Of a stretch of DNA of 64,000 nt, positions 1 through 12,063 are shown piece after piece. This DNA comes from Octopus vulgaris (taxonomy: Eukaryota): the NCBI GenBank assembly GCA_951406725.2, contig OX597837.1, forward strand, positions 12,586,001 to 12,650,000, given 5' to 3'. Positions within the stretch are counted from its first letter, which is position 1; every line of letters starts with the position of its first letter. Both the position numbers and the translations under genes were made by a program. The notes under the pieces were generated by a model. That model saw nothing but the letters and a program-made list of their open reading frames with translations, was not told the DNA's origin and ran no database searches.

Positions 1-377
1 CTCAAATTTGCGGTTTATCCCTTCGTGGTAGATAAAGCGTAGTATGGCTGTATTTTACTGCGGTTAATGTATTCTGCGTCCACCGTCTAGCCTTATGTCT
101 AATTATATCAAGATCTTCACGTTATAAATTCATTGTTTTTACTGGTATTTGTAACTTTGACCATGCCTATGAAGAAATAATAAGACAATGTAATTGAACG
201 AGAACAAACTGGAAACGATATGATGCTCGTGAATTGGAATAGCGTCATTTACCCATTGATCAAGTTACCGTAGTTGCAAATACCGGGAACAGCAATAAGA
301 TATTTACCGATTTTCATAAATCTAACCGAATTCGTTTTGATTGACATGAAGAAACGATCAACAAGATACAAGTGAAA

Positions 378-672
378 TCTTTATATACAAAAGTGAAGTT
401 GTGTGAGTGTCTGTCTTCTGCGATTTAGATTCCTAACTACTCCCACATTTTGCGATGCAGTTTAACCAAAAGTGGGTGTCTTATAGTCGTGATTCATGTC
501 GAGACATTCTGGGTATTAGCGCGCGTCTACGCTGAGTCTACGATTTAAAAAAAAATTACCATCATTTTTCCCATTTTTAATGCCTTTTTTTGCTATTATA
601 TAAGGGAAGTAACTCTCTAAAAATGCTTATATTTCCCTTACAAACCCGAGCAACGCCGGGCGATACTGCTAG
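378..672 (+). mobile_element. Non-autonomous Helitron-like element (copy 1)
   Basis: Starts A|TC (378) and ends CTAG|T (669-672), with the subterminal GC hairpin cccgagcaacgccggg. A near-identical copy lies at 2815-3209. Confidence 0.75.
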
Positions 673-1240
673 TTATATATTAAAAGCAAAGACAAATTAG
701 TTTCGCCTGTGGGTATTAGGTCAAAAGAAATTAAAACTTTAGTACAGAATTCATCCGCTCATATCAATTGTGACAATTTCATATTTTGTGCTGTGGCGTG
801 GAATAACCGACACCCGAGACGTTACAAGGCAAATAATTGTTTCGTATAAAGCTGTAAGTTATTTTCTTTGTTCACTAGCGAAGCTACATTCAACTATCAT
901 GCACTAAATATTATATGTGTGTGTGTGTGTGTGTTTGTATTGTATGCACACACACACACACGCACAGACAAACACACACACACACACAGACACAAACACA
1001 GACACACATATATGTTTCAAGGTGTTAAACGACTCCCAAGCTGTGGTAAGCAGGTCAACTACAGACACACAGACAGACACACACTCAAACTCACACACAT
1101 ATACGATGGGCCTCTTTCAGTCTACTCACAAGGCTTTGGTCACGTGGCTACAGTACAAGTTGGTGGCCCAAGGTGGTAAAAGGTGTGACTGGACCCTGAA
1201 TTCCGTGGTTGAGAAGCAAATTTCTTACCACACAGCCACG

Positions 1241-1285
<45 letters not shown>

Positions 1286-1286
1286 A

Positions 1287-1331
<45 letters not shown>

Positions 1332-1334
<3 letters not shown>

Positions 1335-2283
1335 TCTACTCTTTTGCTTGTTTCAGTCATTTGAGTGGGGCCATGCTGGAGCACCACCTTTAGTCGAGCA
1401 AATCGACCCCAGGACTTATTCTTTGTAAGTCCAGTACTTATTCTATCGGTCACTTTTACGGAACCGCTAAGTTACGGGGACGTAAACACACCAGCATCGG
1501 TTGTCAAGCGGTGTTGGTCGGACAAACACAGACACACGAACATACACACACATATACATGCACATATATATATATATATACATATATACGGCAGGCTTCT
1601 TTCAGTTTCCATCTACCAAATCCACTCACAAGGCTTTGGTCGGCCCGAGGCTATAGTAGAAGACACTTGCCCAAGATGCCACGCAGTGGGACTGAACCCG
1701 GAACCATGTGGTTGGTTAGCAAGCTACTTAGCAGAAGACACTTGCCCAAGGTGCCATGCAGCGGGACTGAACCCGGAACCATGTGGTTGGTTAGCAAGCT
1801 ACTTATCAGAAGCCACTTGCCCAAGGTGCCATGCAGTGGGACTGAACCGGAACCATGTGGTTGGTTAGCAAGCTACTTAGCAGAAGAAACTTGCCCAAGG
1901 TGCCATGCAGTGGGACTGAACCCGGAACCATGTGGCTGGTTAGCAAGCTACTTAGCAGAAGACACTTGCCCAAGGTGACATGCAGTGGGACTGAACCCGG
2001 AACCATGTGGTTGGTTAGCAAGCTACTTAGCAGAAGACACTTGCCCAAGGTGCCATGCAGTGGGACTGAACCCGGAACCATGTGGTTGGTTAGCAAGCTA
2101 CTTAGCAGAAGACACTTGCCCAAGGTGCCATGCAGTGGGACTGAACCCGGAACCATGTGGTTGGTTAGCAAGCTACTTTGCAGAAGACACTTGCCCAAGG
2201 TGCCATGCAGTGGGACTGAACCCGTAACCATGTAGTTGGTTAGAAAGCTACTTAGCAGAAGCTACTAACCACACAGCCACTCC
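1332..2283 (-). mobile_element. tRNA-derived SINE family A with about 8 tandem 75-bp copies of its tRNA/CORE-like head
   Basis: Same sequence recurs at 19071, 37797, 39523, 40635, 52522, 53490 and 62588. The minus strand has A-box-like tggctgtgtgg, B-box ggttcagtccc, cttgggcaagt core and a (GAGTAAAA)n tail. The 25-aa repeat in the overlapping ORFs gives a 75-bp unit. Confidence 0.85.
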
Positions 2284-2814
2284 TTTTCTTGCTTTTATTA
2301 AAATGAAAAAAAGAACGACGTGTCTGTAACGTCTTCAGTGATCTCCATTTTCAGGCTGATCTGAAACACACAAAAAGCAACGAATCGCGTTACAGGTTCG
2401 CGTCGAACTACGTTGAAGGGTCATGCATCTAATATGGGTGCATGCGCACTCATAGGGAAAAAAGCTTACGTAATTTTTGGCCATCCCAGTATATGTAAAT
2501 ACCTAAAAAGATACACACACATTTATATGTGTGTGTGTATACATATATTTGCGTGTGCGTATGTGTTTGTCAGCATATGCATATATGTAAGCGTGTATGT
2601 GTGTTTGCACGATTGTGTGTATATATGCATACATATGTATAAACATACGTACATACACGTAGATATCATTTCAAGGTGTGTGATGTATTGATAACAGGAC
2701 AAAGAGTGTTATATATACTTGATGATATTTGATGCACTCGATGATGTCATATACACCCGATAACATCATAAATCTGATAATATTAAACAACAGAAGACAG
2801 TATATACCAGATTA

Positions 2815-3209
2815 TCTTTATATATAAAAGTCAAGCTGTGTGTCTGTCTCCTACGATTTAGATTCCTAACTACTCCCACATTTTGAGGTGCAGTCTAACC
2901 AAAACCGGGTATCTTATAGTCGTGATTCATATCGAGCCCTTCTGGGTATTAGCGCGCGTCTACGATGAGTCTACGATTTTAAAAAAATTTACCATAATTT
3001 TTTCCCATTTAATGCCTTTTTTCGCTATTATATAAGGGAAGTAACTCTCTAAAAATGTCTACGATGAGCCAACGATTTAAAAAAAAAATTACCATCATTT
3101 TTTTTCCATTTTGAATGCATTTTTTGCTATTTTTTGGCTATAACTCTCTAAAAATGCTTATATAGTTATTTCCCTTACAAACCCGAGCAACGCCGGGCGA
3201 TACTGCTAG
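2815..3209 (+). mobile_element. Non-autonomous Helitron-like element (copy 2, internal ~100-bp duplication)
   Basis: A|TC...CTAG|T termini and the same 3' hairpin; homologous to 378-672. Confidence 0.75.
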
Positions 3210-3515
3210 TATTATATACATGAGAATTTACACCCAATGATATTTTATACCTGATGAGGATATGCGCTTAATCATCTTGGCCATTTGGCAACCATAGTTT
3301 TAAACGATGAAAAACTATTTGGTTGGTTGTTGTGGTAACATATGCTACGCATGAGTCTGTGTGTGTGAGAGAGAGAGAGAGGGACAGAGAGAGAGAGGGT
3401 TTGTGTTTCAGTATATGACACAGTGTGTCCTTCTAGCAGTATCTATATACAAGTTGTTTCAAAGATTTTATAATATTTGAGATCTAAATATCTGCATAAC
3501 TTTATAGTCTAGGCC

Positions 3516-3580
3516 AGTGATTCTGAACCTGGGATCCGCAGGCCCCTGGGTGTCCGTGAACTAAATTCTTTTTAATGTTT
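3516..3580 (+). mobile_element. Possible hAT/Charlie-like terminal fragment
   Basis: cagtgattctgaacctgggatccgcaggcccctggg resembles CAGTGGTTCTCAACC-type hAT termini. The partner end was not found. Confidence 0.3.
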
Positions 3581-4468
3581 AAATTGATCTATATATGCTA
3601 ACGTTAGTCAGCCTAGTTTGATATCCCTTTCTAAATTTTCAGAAAAATGTTACTTTTATTTTTATACAACATAATAATACAGGTTTTTCTTTACGATAAC
3701 TTGATTATAAACTTATCCCTGAACCTTTAATTTTTTCCAGATCTCATTATAGCGTACTGTGTTTCATAGTATATGCCCTTTTAACTGAAAATAATGACAA
3801 GGTTTAATGTCAACCCTACCCTAGTTCTCTATGGGCATTTACTACTAGCTAATTGACTCCTTCAAAAGTTTGTTTCTTTTTGTGGAAAGGGGTACTTATG
3901 GCAGTAGGAAATTATTAAGAAATAGTAAGAAATTAAGGAATATGGGAAGCATCTAGTAATGTTTATTTATGACCACCAGTCAACACACAATATTCATCTG
4001 TCAACGCAATATCGATTATTCTCAATAAACGCAGTCTTCTAATCTTAGATCTTTTGTTGATGATAAGAAGGTAAATAAAAACACTTCAAATGATTTAAAA
4101 CCCTATGACACCCCCCCCCCCAGCTCCCACTGTGTTCCATGCCACTCCAAAATTATAGTTGTTCTTAGCTTATTCTTGGGGCAATATTGACATTATGAAA
4201 TTCGTACCTCCTCTAGCTCTGATAAAATATTAGTTTAAAATTATATTAACATATATGTTGTCTGTTGAAAATCCATTTTTCTTGCAATGGAAGATGGCGC
4301 TATATTTAAATTGATGCAATGCTTGCATTGTTCAATTAAACGGAGCCGTGTGAAACGGTCGTACTTGACATCCTGTTACTTATTTTGATTTTATTCACCT
4401 CACTTTGAGCTGTGCGGATACTACCGCGCTTATTTGGTGATTCAACCTAGTATAACTGAATCTTAATA

Positions 4469-4515
<47 letters not shown>

Positions 4516-4612
4516 AAAAATAAGGGTGAAAAAATTGGATATTAATTTAATAACATCAATTTAACACCAAGTGGTTTAGCGCATAAAAACTGGGATTCAG
4601 TAAATATTAACA

Positions 4613-4932
4613 CACAAATATAAGAGAGAATCCGCTATGTGGACGCTCTTGCGCTAAAAATAGATCCACAATGGTCTCAACCACCAAGAATTCTTCTCAT
4701 GGAAAATTAGCACAACTATGAACGTAAGCGAGCAGGACAAATGGAAAATAACAAAAATAACAAACATTTGTCAAGGGTTAATCTACATTTCTGTTATTTT
4801 TCATTTGTCCTGCTCGCTTACGTTCATAGTTGTGCTAATTTTCCTTGAGAAGAATTCTTGGTGGTTGAGACCATTGCGGATCTATTTTCATCGCAAGAGC
4901 GTCCACATAGTGGATTCTCTCTTATATTTGTG
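4613..4932. repeat. Fold-back element, ~145-bp inverted arms between (TA)n tracts
   Basis: 4613-4758 is the reverse complement of about 4787-4932 with few mismatches. Confidence 0.85.
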
Positions 4933-4947
4933 TTATATATATATATA

Positions 4948-4978
<31 letters not shown>

Positions 4979-5048
4979 GGTACAAAAAATTCAGGGTGAA
5001 TATTTGATAACTGTAAGCACCTGTATATGCCAGCTAGTGGTATAGGTG

Positions 5049-5152
<104 letters not shown>

Positions 5153-6238
5153 TATGTACGTATGTATATATGTTAACTAATATGTAATTCTTATATCGAT
5201 ACAGGCACTTATTATTCCGAAAAGTCGAATCGCATAAGTTTTGCCTGACCTTAGGGCAAAATGGGACGTTCAGAATTACCGCAAGAACTTAATTTTCAAC
5301 TTCATCAATTACTCCTGCCAATATTTCTCCTTGGACTATTATTTCCAGAAACGCCATCTTTAACTTCTATCACATTTTAAATACAAGGAACGGACTACCT
5401 GGAATGACTCAACTGGACAGGAATCTATATAGTAAACACCACCACACAGCCATACAGAGCTTATTTATTTAATCAAACACAAACCGTTTCGCAAGCATAG
5501 CTTTCTAGCAATTCGCTACCGTTTTACTATGGCATCTACACCGAACTTTTACAAGGAACACTATCCAACAAATCATAGAACCAATTGGAACTGAACAGAC
5601 ATCTTACCGTCACCAGTCGCTCACCATTTGCTCATCAACTGTCTCTTAAACACAAGTGAGATATCATATCTACTGTACACAGTTAAATACCATAATATTG
5701 CCTTTTCCAGTATAACAGATTATACCAAAATAACAAAATATATTTCACAAATTCGTACCTTTACAGTTATATCATTTCTTGGACATTTTCTTGATTTACG
5801 GTGATTTATTCTAGTTTTAAATAAGAAAAAGAAATATATAACGAAAAGATCTTGATTGATATGTATTGATACCAGATACTGTATTCATTGGTAAACGCCA
5901 TCTATATTTATCGATAATGAAATATATTTATCGATGATGGAATATATTTATCGATGATGGAATAACTGTGACGCATATTGGTTCTAAAGACATTTTAATT
6001 TTAGTTATTGGAGTCCATGTTTCGTTTAATCAAATATACACTTCAGACACCAAACAAACATCGTTTATTTTATGTAATCAAGCTAACCAAAAGAAACGAA
6101 TAAGTTGCTGACTTTTGAGACAATCTTTTATGTCATTGATTCCATATTGAGAAATTACCGCACACATCACTGAATATACTTTCACCAAAACATCAAGCGA
6201 AATATTGTGAGAACCAGTGGAAATCAAAGTTAACAAAA

Positions 6239-7705
6239 ATGTCTGCCTTCACCAACTGGATTAAGCGTTATTCTTCATGTCGATGGAGATTATGCTATGC
6301 TTGTTGAATGAGTTGTCTTCTGCTACAAACAATGCGAGTGGATCTAAGTATGGCCTTTCTTTGTATGTTGAAACCCCTCAATCACACAAGAGGGGAGGTG
6401 AATTTTACTGCAAACAGCCAATATTGTTCCGGTTTGGATAATAATTCAATGAAAGCAAATTTTGAAGGAGAGTTCGAATGGAGTGACACCTTGCAAGCGA
6501 ACATCCTGGCTGGGTTCTTCTACGGATATATGGCAACTAATTTTCTAGGTGGTTTATTGGCAGACAAATACGGTGGGAAACGAGTTCTAGGGGGTTCGAT
6601 TCTCTAAGCAGCAATTCTTACAATTTTATACCCAAGTTTGTCTCGAATTAGTGGTTACTTTACGCTTGTACTAAGGATATTAACAGGCGTAGCATCAGGA
6701 CCCTTATTCCCAGCAATTCAGTCTTTATTTGGACGTTGGGGGCCCTCAAACGAAATTTCTGCATTGCTTGGGTTTACATTTTCTGGTCAGTTTCTAGGTG
6801 ATATCGTGGGTCTATCAATGTCTGGTTACCTCTGTGTATATGGATTTGATAATGGATGGGGTTCTATATTTTATACATTCGGTGGATTATCGTTGGTGTT
6901 TAGTTGTGTGTGGTTTTATGTGGTTTACGATAATCCAGACGTCCATCCCACTATCAGCGAAGAAGAACGTTCTTACATAAACAGAACTACAATAAGTGAA
7001 AAAGTTGTTAAAAATGTACCTTGGAAACGGCTGCTTTCTTCACCTGCAGTTTGGGCCATTATTTTCAGTTTGCCCATTTATGTTTGGATGGAGACATTTG
7101 TTCAGGTGTTGCTACCTCTATATATGAAAGACACCTTAAACATTGATGTAATATCCAGTGGTTTAATGTCATCTGCTCCTTCGGCTGGTCTAATGATTGG
7201 TCTACCTCTATGTGAAAAATTTGCAGATTTTGTACATTCAAAGAAATATCTGTCAACTCGTTCTGTTAGAGTCCTATTCCAAACCTTTTCTATGATTATT
7301 CCAGCAAGTCTGTTGACTGCCATAGGATTTCTTAGATGTGATCAGACCATTTTAATAACTTTCCTTTTGTTTCTCAGTGGTACAGCAATATCCTTTACCA
7401 GTGGTGGTGTTATCGTCAACAGCAATGACATAGCTCCAAGTTATGTTGGTATCATATTTGGAATTGGGAACACTTTTGCTGCAGCAGCGGGTAGCATTAA
7501 TTCTTTAACTACAAAAGCTTTAACCCCAAACGATACACAAATACAATGGCAGATCGTGTTTGCCTTATGTGCTGCTATATGTGTAGTTGGCGCAATATTC
7601 TTCGCAATAATGGCAAGAGGAGAAATCCAAGTTTGGGCAAGATCACAAGAACCCGGATCACGCGGTAATGCGGGCGACGTGAATATAAATAATATTGTTC
7701 AATAA
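6239..7705 (+). pseudogene. SLC17/sialin-like MFS transporter paralog 1, full length, two in-frame nonsense codons (TGA 6305-6307, TAA 6605-6607)
   Basis: ATG at 6239 (MSAFTNWIKRYSSCRWRLCYAC*). ORFs 6308 and 6638 are in the same frame. Same length as paralog 2; the TAA aligns to TCA (Ser) in paralog 2. Confidence 0.88.
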
Positions 7706-8440
7706 TGTTTCCCAGGTATAGCTTCGTAATCAGAGAGTATTTGTTCCTGAGTAGGCGTCACCAGCTCAGCATTTCCTTACCCTGGCCGTAACAACGAAAG
7801 AGTTACAAATACATAGAAACATAGGCCGTCAGCTGACCATTCGTGTTTATACTATGATGCTCTCTCTTTCTCAATGACATGTCAAGCTCGACAAAATCTT
7901 GATTCTCGTAGTTATCTCTCCTTTTCTTTTACAGTTTGTCACAACTTCCACCAAGCAATTATCCTACCTTCCCCAAAAGAGAGTATTTCAAGTTAAGTCA
8001 ACAATATATTTTCTGTGGGAATTAACATACCCTTATTCGTATTGTTTTTTTAAATAAAAACTATTAGTCACTGTGAACTATTACTCTTAGCTTTATACCC
8101 AGCTTAGCCCAAGTACGAACAACGTATTTTTATGTGTGTCTAAATATGTTTATTGGGGGAAAACTCGCGTAACTGTCGTAAGGACGAAATTTATTGAGGT
8201 AGAAACACGTCTTTTCTCTCCAGAGAAACAGATTATGTTTCTTTAATCATATGTCATTGTTAATTCTTGAGATCATCTCCGCTTTCCGTTTGAAGTTAAT
8301 CCCAATCATCACTAAGAGATCTTTCTACCATATGTATAATATACCTTCAATAAATTATCAATTTATGCTGTATTTAAATTATATCCTTCATAAATATATA
8401 TTTATAAGTGTGTAAGAGTGTGTTTGATTGTGTTTATGTC

Positions 8441-8503
<63 letters not shown>

Positions 8504-9909
8504 TAAGTGTGATAAAGCAGCTTTTGTAAGAGAAAAGCTCAAGCAAACAGCTTCCATTAAATTAGATACCGATACTACCATCAAGGAGGTAGACCTCCTT
8601 GATGGTAGTCCAAAACAATATTTCACAAAAAAGGAAAGAGAGAATTCAAAAGGAAACAAAAGGGAAGAAGAAAAAAAAGCAAACAGTTCAATAAAAAGTC
8701 ACAATAGAAGAAAACAAGAGTTAAAAAAACATAGCAAAAAAATCTTCTGGGCATTCAGGTACTCCAAGCCCTTATGGTACTCCAATTAGAACCTGGACTG
8801 CTCCACTTGAAATACAGCTTTTCAACGTAGTTGTAAAAATACACACTATTTAGAAACAGCGAACGAGTTTTGGTGGCAGGATACGTCACCAAACTATACT
8901 TCTCACAACGAGAAAAAATGTTCACTTCATGTGAACACTTGAAATACAGCTTTCCAATAATGGTAAATGTTGTTGTAAAAACATACACTGTTAAAAAGTG
9001 GACAACTTTTGGCTGGAGGATAAGCCCACCAAACTGTACTTCTCACAATCAGAAAAACATTTTTTAAATTAATATGAACCATATTGCTGAACCGCCAGTA
9101 GACCAGCATCCTGAATCCAGTGATGATTTCGTTTGTAAAACATATAAGCACAGAGAATGACCCTCACTGGATCCAAGAGACAAAAATCTTACCTTACAGC
9201 AGCTTCTTTTGGCAGGCTAAACACTGCCGGCTTTCTTCTTCAGTGCACAACACAAAGATACATGCGCACACTGACAACAGAGACTCGTGGGAAGTAAGCA
9301 AGCTACTTACCACACAGACATTCCTAAGCCTACAATAGTTGTCTATTGTTTAAAAATTTTTTTATGGATTCCTGCGATCGAACTGGCGTATAAGCATTTT
9401 GGTTTTATTAGATTGTGGAAAAAATTCGTGCGCCGTGTGAAAATAATGCTTCGTTATATATTTTGTGGTGTGTATAACGTGCATAATTCAAACATCCTCA
9501 TTGTTGCCACACGAATCTGTTGAGCATTCGCCCATTTTATGTTTACCATGTTTGATCAGGTTACTGCAGCTGCAGATTATTTAAATCAGAAACCGCGTAA
9601 TTTTAACTCAGATTCAATTGGAAGAAGCGACATTCAACAACTTAACAAAACATATGTCATGTTCTAAACCAATACAAATGTGCAGTTTTATGTGGAAATT
9701 ACATGTAAAAAAGGGACTTAATCATCCTACTGTAATAGTGAAGATTTGGACGTATGTATTTTATTCATTGGAGTGGAAAAATCGAGACGTCCAGCGGAAA
9801 ACATCTATTTTATATAACTGTAACTCTTTTTCTTTGTTCCCTACTGAGGCAAACATTCAGTTTCCATGTATTAGATATCACACACACATGCACACACACA
9901 CGCACACAT

Positions 9910-10016
<107 letters not shown>

Positions 10017-10019
10017 AAT

Positions 10020-10178
10020 ATATATTATATTATATTAAATTAGAGATAAAACCACTATTAGGCAAATCAAACAGTGAAAAACTTAAGCCAATACATAAAA
10101 TTAATTTAAAAATATAAAAGTTAACAATAAAAAATTATTTAAATAATTTAAACATATAAATTTCATATAAATATACGA

Positions 10179-10209
<31 letters not shown>

Positions 10210-10560
10210 AATTTTTATATTTATATATTATTTTATTTATTAATTAATTAATTTATTTATTTATTTATTTTAAATATCAAAAGTATTAAAAGTTTAATAA
10301 AAGATAAAGAGTTTAATAAAAGATAAAGTTCTTGGAGCATTTCTTACGTCTTATTTATGTTCTTGGTTCAGGCAAGAGTTATATATATACATGTGTGTGT
10401 GTCTGAGTGTGCGTGTGTGTATATATTGTATTTGCCTAATAGTGGTTTTATCTCTAATTTAATATATTATATATTTATACTATAAAATTGGATTTAATCC
10501 TAAATCTAATTTTTCCCTGTAAGTTTGGATTTATATCCTAATATTATTATTATTAATTTA
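10020..10560. mobile_element. AT-rich dispersed repeat with inverted arms (probable Penelope pLTR-derived family)
   Basis: tagagataaaaccactattaggcaaat at ~10041 is inverted at ~10430-10460. The same block recurs at 30690-30825 and 42250-42310, and its 3' portion at 45850-45890. Confidence 0.55.
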
Positions 10561-10604
<44 letters not shown>

Positions 10605-11653
10605 GTGTGTAAATATTTACATAATTATATATATGAAGATATTTACGTAATTAATACTCACATATACACACACGCACACTCAGACACACACATTGACTAA
10701 TATTGATTTTTTTAACTCTTGCCTGAACCAAGAACATAAATAAGACGTAAAAAATACTCCAAGAACTTTATTTCTTATCTTCACCAGGTTTGTCCAGCAA
10801 CATTCACGGACATTCGTCACTGAAAGATATTTCCTAAAGCTGGGTATTCACTTCCTGACACATTTTAAATACATTTCATGGATTGCATGGAATGAGGAAC
10901 ACCTGAACAGGAAGCTGTATTGTAGACGCCAATAAACAACATTACTGATGTCAGGTAATTAAACCAATCAAATAATACAAACCGCATTGCAAGCAGCGTT
11001 TCAAGAATTTACTCTCATTCTGTTTAGCAGAATCCGATTTTCAACAAATATTGTTAAACTAAATCTCCCGAGGAATTGAACAGACATCCTACCGTAACCA
11101 ATTGTTCACCATATATCTATGAACTGCTTCTTAAATACGTATGAGTTTTCATATCTACACTAGACAGCTGAGTGCGGGCTTTTATTCCCTTTTCCGAACA
11201 TTACAGGTCATTACAAAATACCAGAACCTATGTCACAGCTCTGCACCTTCACAGTTATCTTATTTCATCATCGTTTGCTTGACTTTACGTGATGTTTCCT
11301 GTTTCTAAATAAACGAGAAAAGAAGAAATTCACGAAGACCATCATAACTAACGTTATTGGTTGATAAATGACGTCCATGTTTATCGGTAACAGAATCTAC
11401 CAAATTATTGTGAAATATTTTAAATACTAAATGCATAACAGGTTTTGGAGATCATGTTTCATTCAATCCGTTATACACTCTAGGGATGAGACAACCACCA
11501 TTTATTTCATGAAATGAAGCTGACCAAATGAGACAATAAACTGTCTAAAAGATTGTTTCTTGACGTGATCGTGCCCAGACACGTCGAATGCTTACACAGA
11601 GCAGGTTTTACAGCCACATCATCCACACCGACCGGTGAAACCGGGCTTAGCTG

Positions 11654-11708
<55 letters not shown>

Positions 11709-12063
11709 CATAATTAATACTCACATATACACACACGCACACTCAGACACACACACACACATATATATATGTATATATAACTCTTGCCTGAACCAAAAAC
11801 ATAAATAAGGCGTAAGAAATACTCCAAAAACTTTATTTCCTATCTTCACCAAGTTTGTAATTGCATTAGAGATTTTGGAGATCATGTTTCATTTAATCCG
11901 TTATACACTCTAGTGACGAAACAACCATCATTTATTTCATTGTCTAATTTTTGCGACTATCTTTTAGTTATTGATTCAATATTGAGAAATTACCTCACAT
12001 ATCACTCAATATACTTCTACCCAGACAACAAGGTAAATATTGGGAGAATCAGTGAAAGTCAAA

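Noticed and set aside
868-2235. Many overlapping ORFs ([12 protein letters not shown]-rich and the 25-aa repeat MWLVSKLL...)
   Set aside because: Translations of microsatellites and SINE repeats. The same applies to ORFs at 9618-10117, 25684-26095, 28895-29203, 39634-40225 and 51295-52166.
1656-2262. Possible CRISPR-like array or tRNA gene cluster
   Set aside because: Units are contiguous with no unique spacers, and each is a partial SINE head lacking a full cloverleaf. The context is eukaryotic.
3245-3355. CTGATGA followed by long stems (possible fourth hammerhead)
   Set aside because: No correctly placed GAAA, stem III or UH. At best a decayed relic.
8500-9340. ORFs 8418-8789 and neighbours; possible TE fragment
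   Set aside because: No recognisable domain. The ORF begins in a (GA)n tract and cannot be classified by eye.
12040-12063. Upstream TTG/GTG starts given by the ORF track for paralogs 2-5
   Set aside because: These are eukaryotic genes. An aligned ATG in an AAAATG context is shared by all paralogs (12064, 22995, 34382, 46272).
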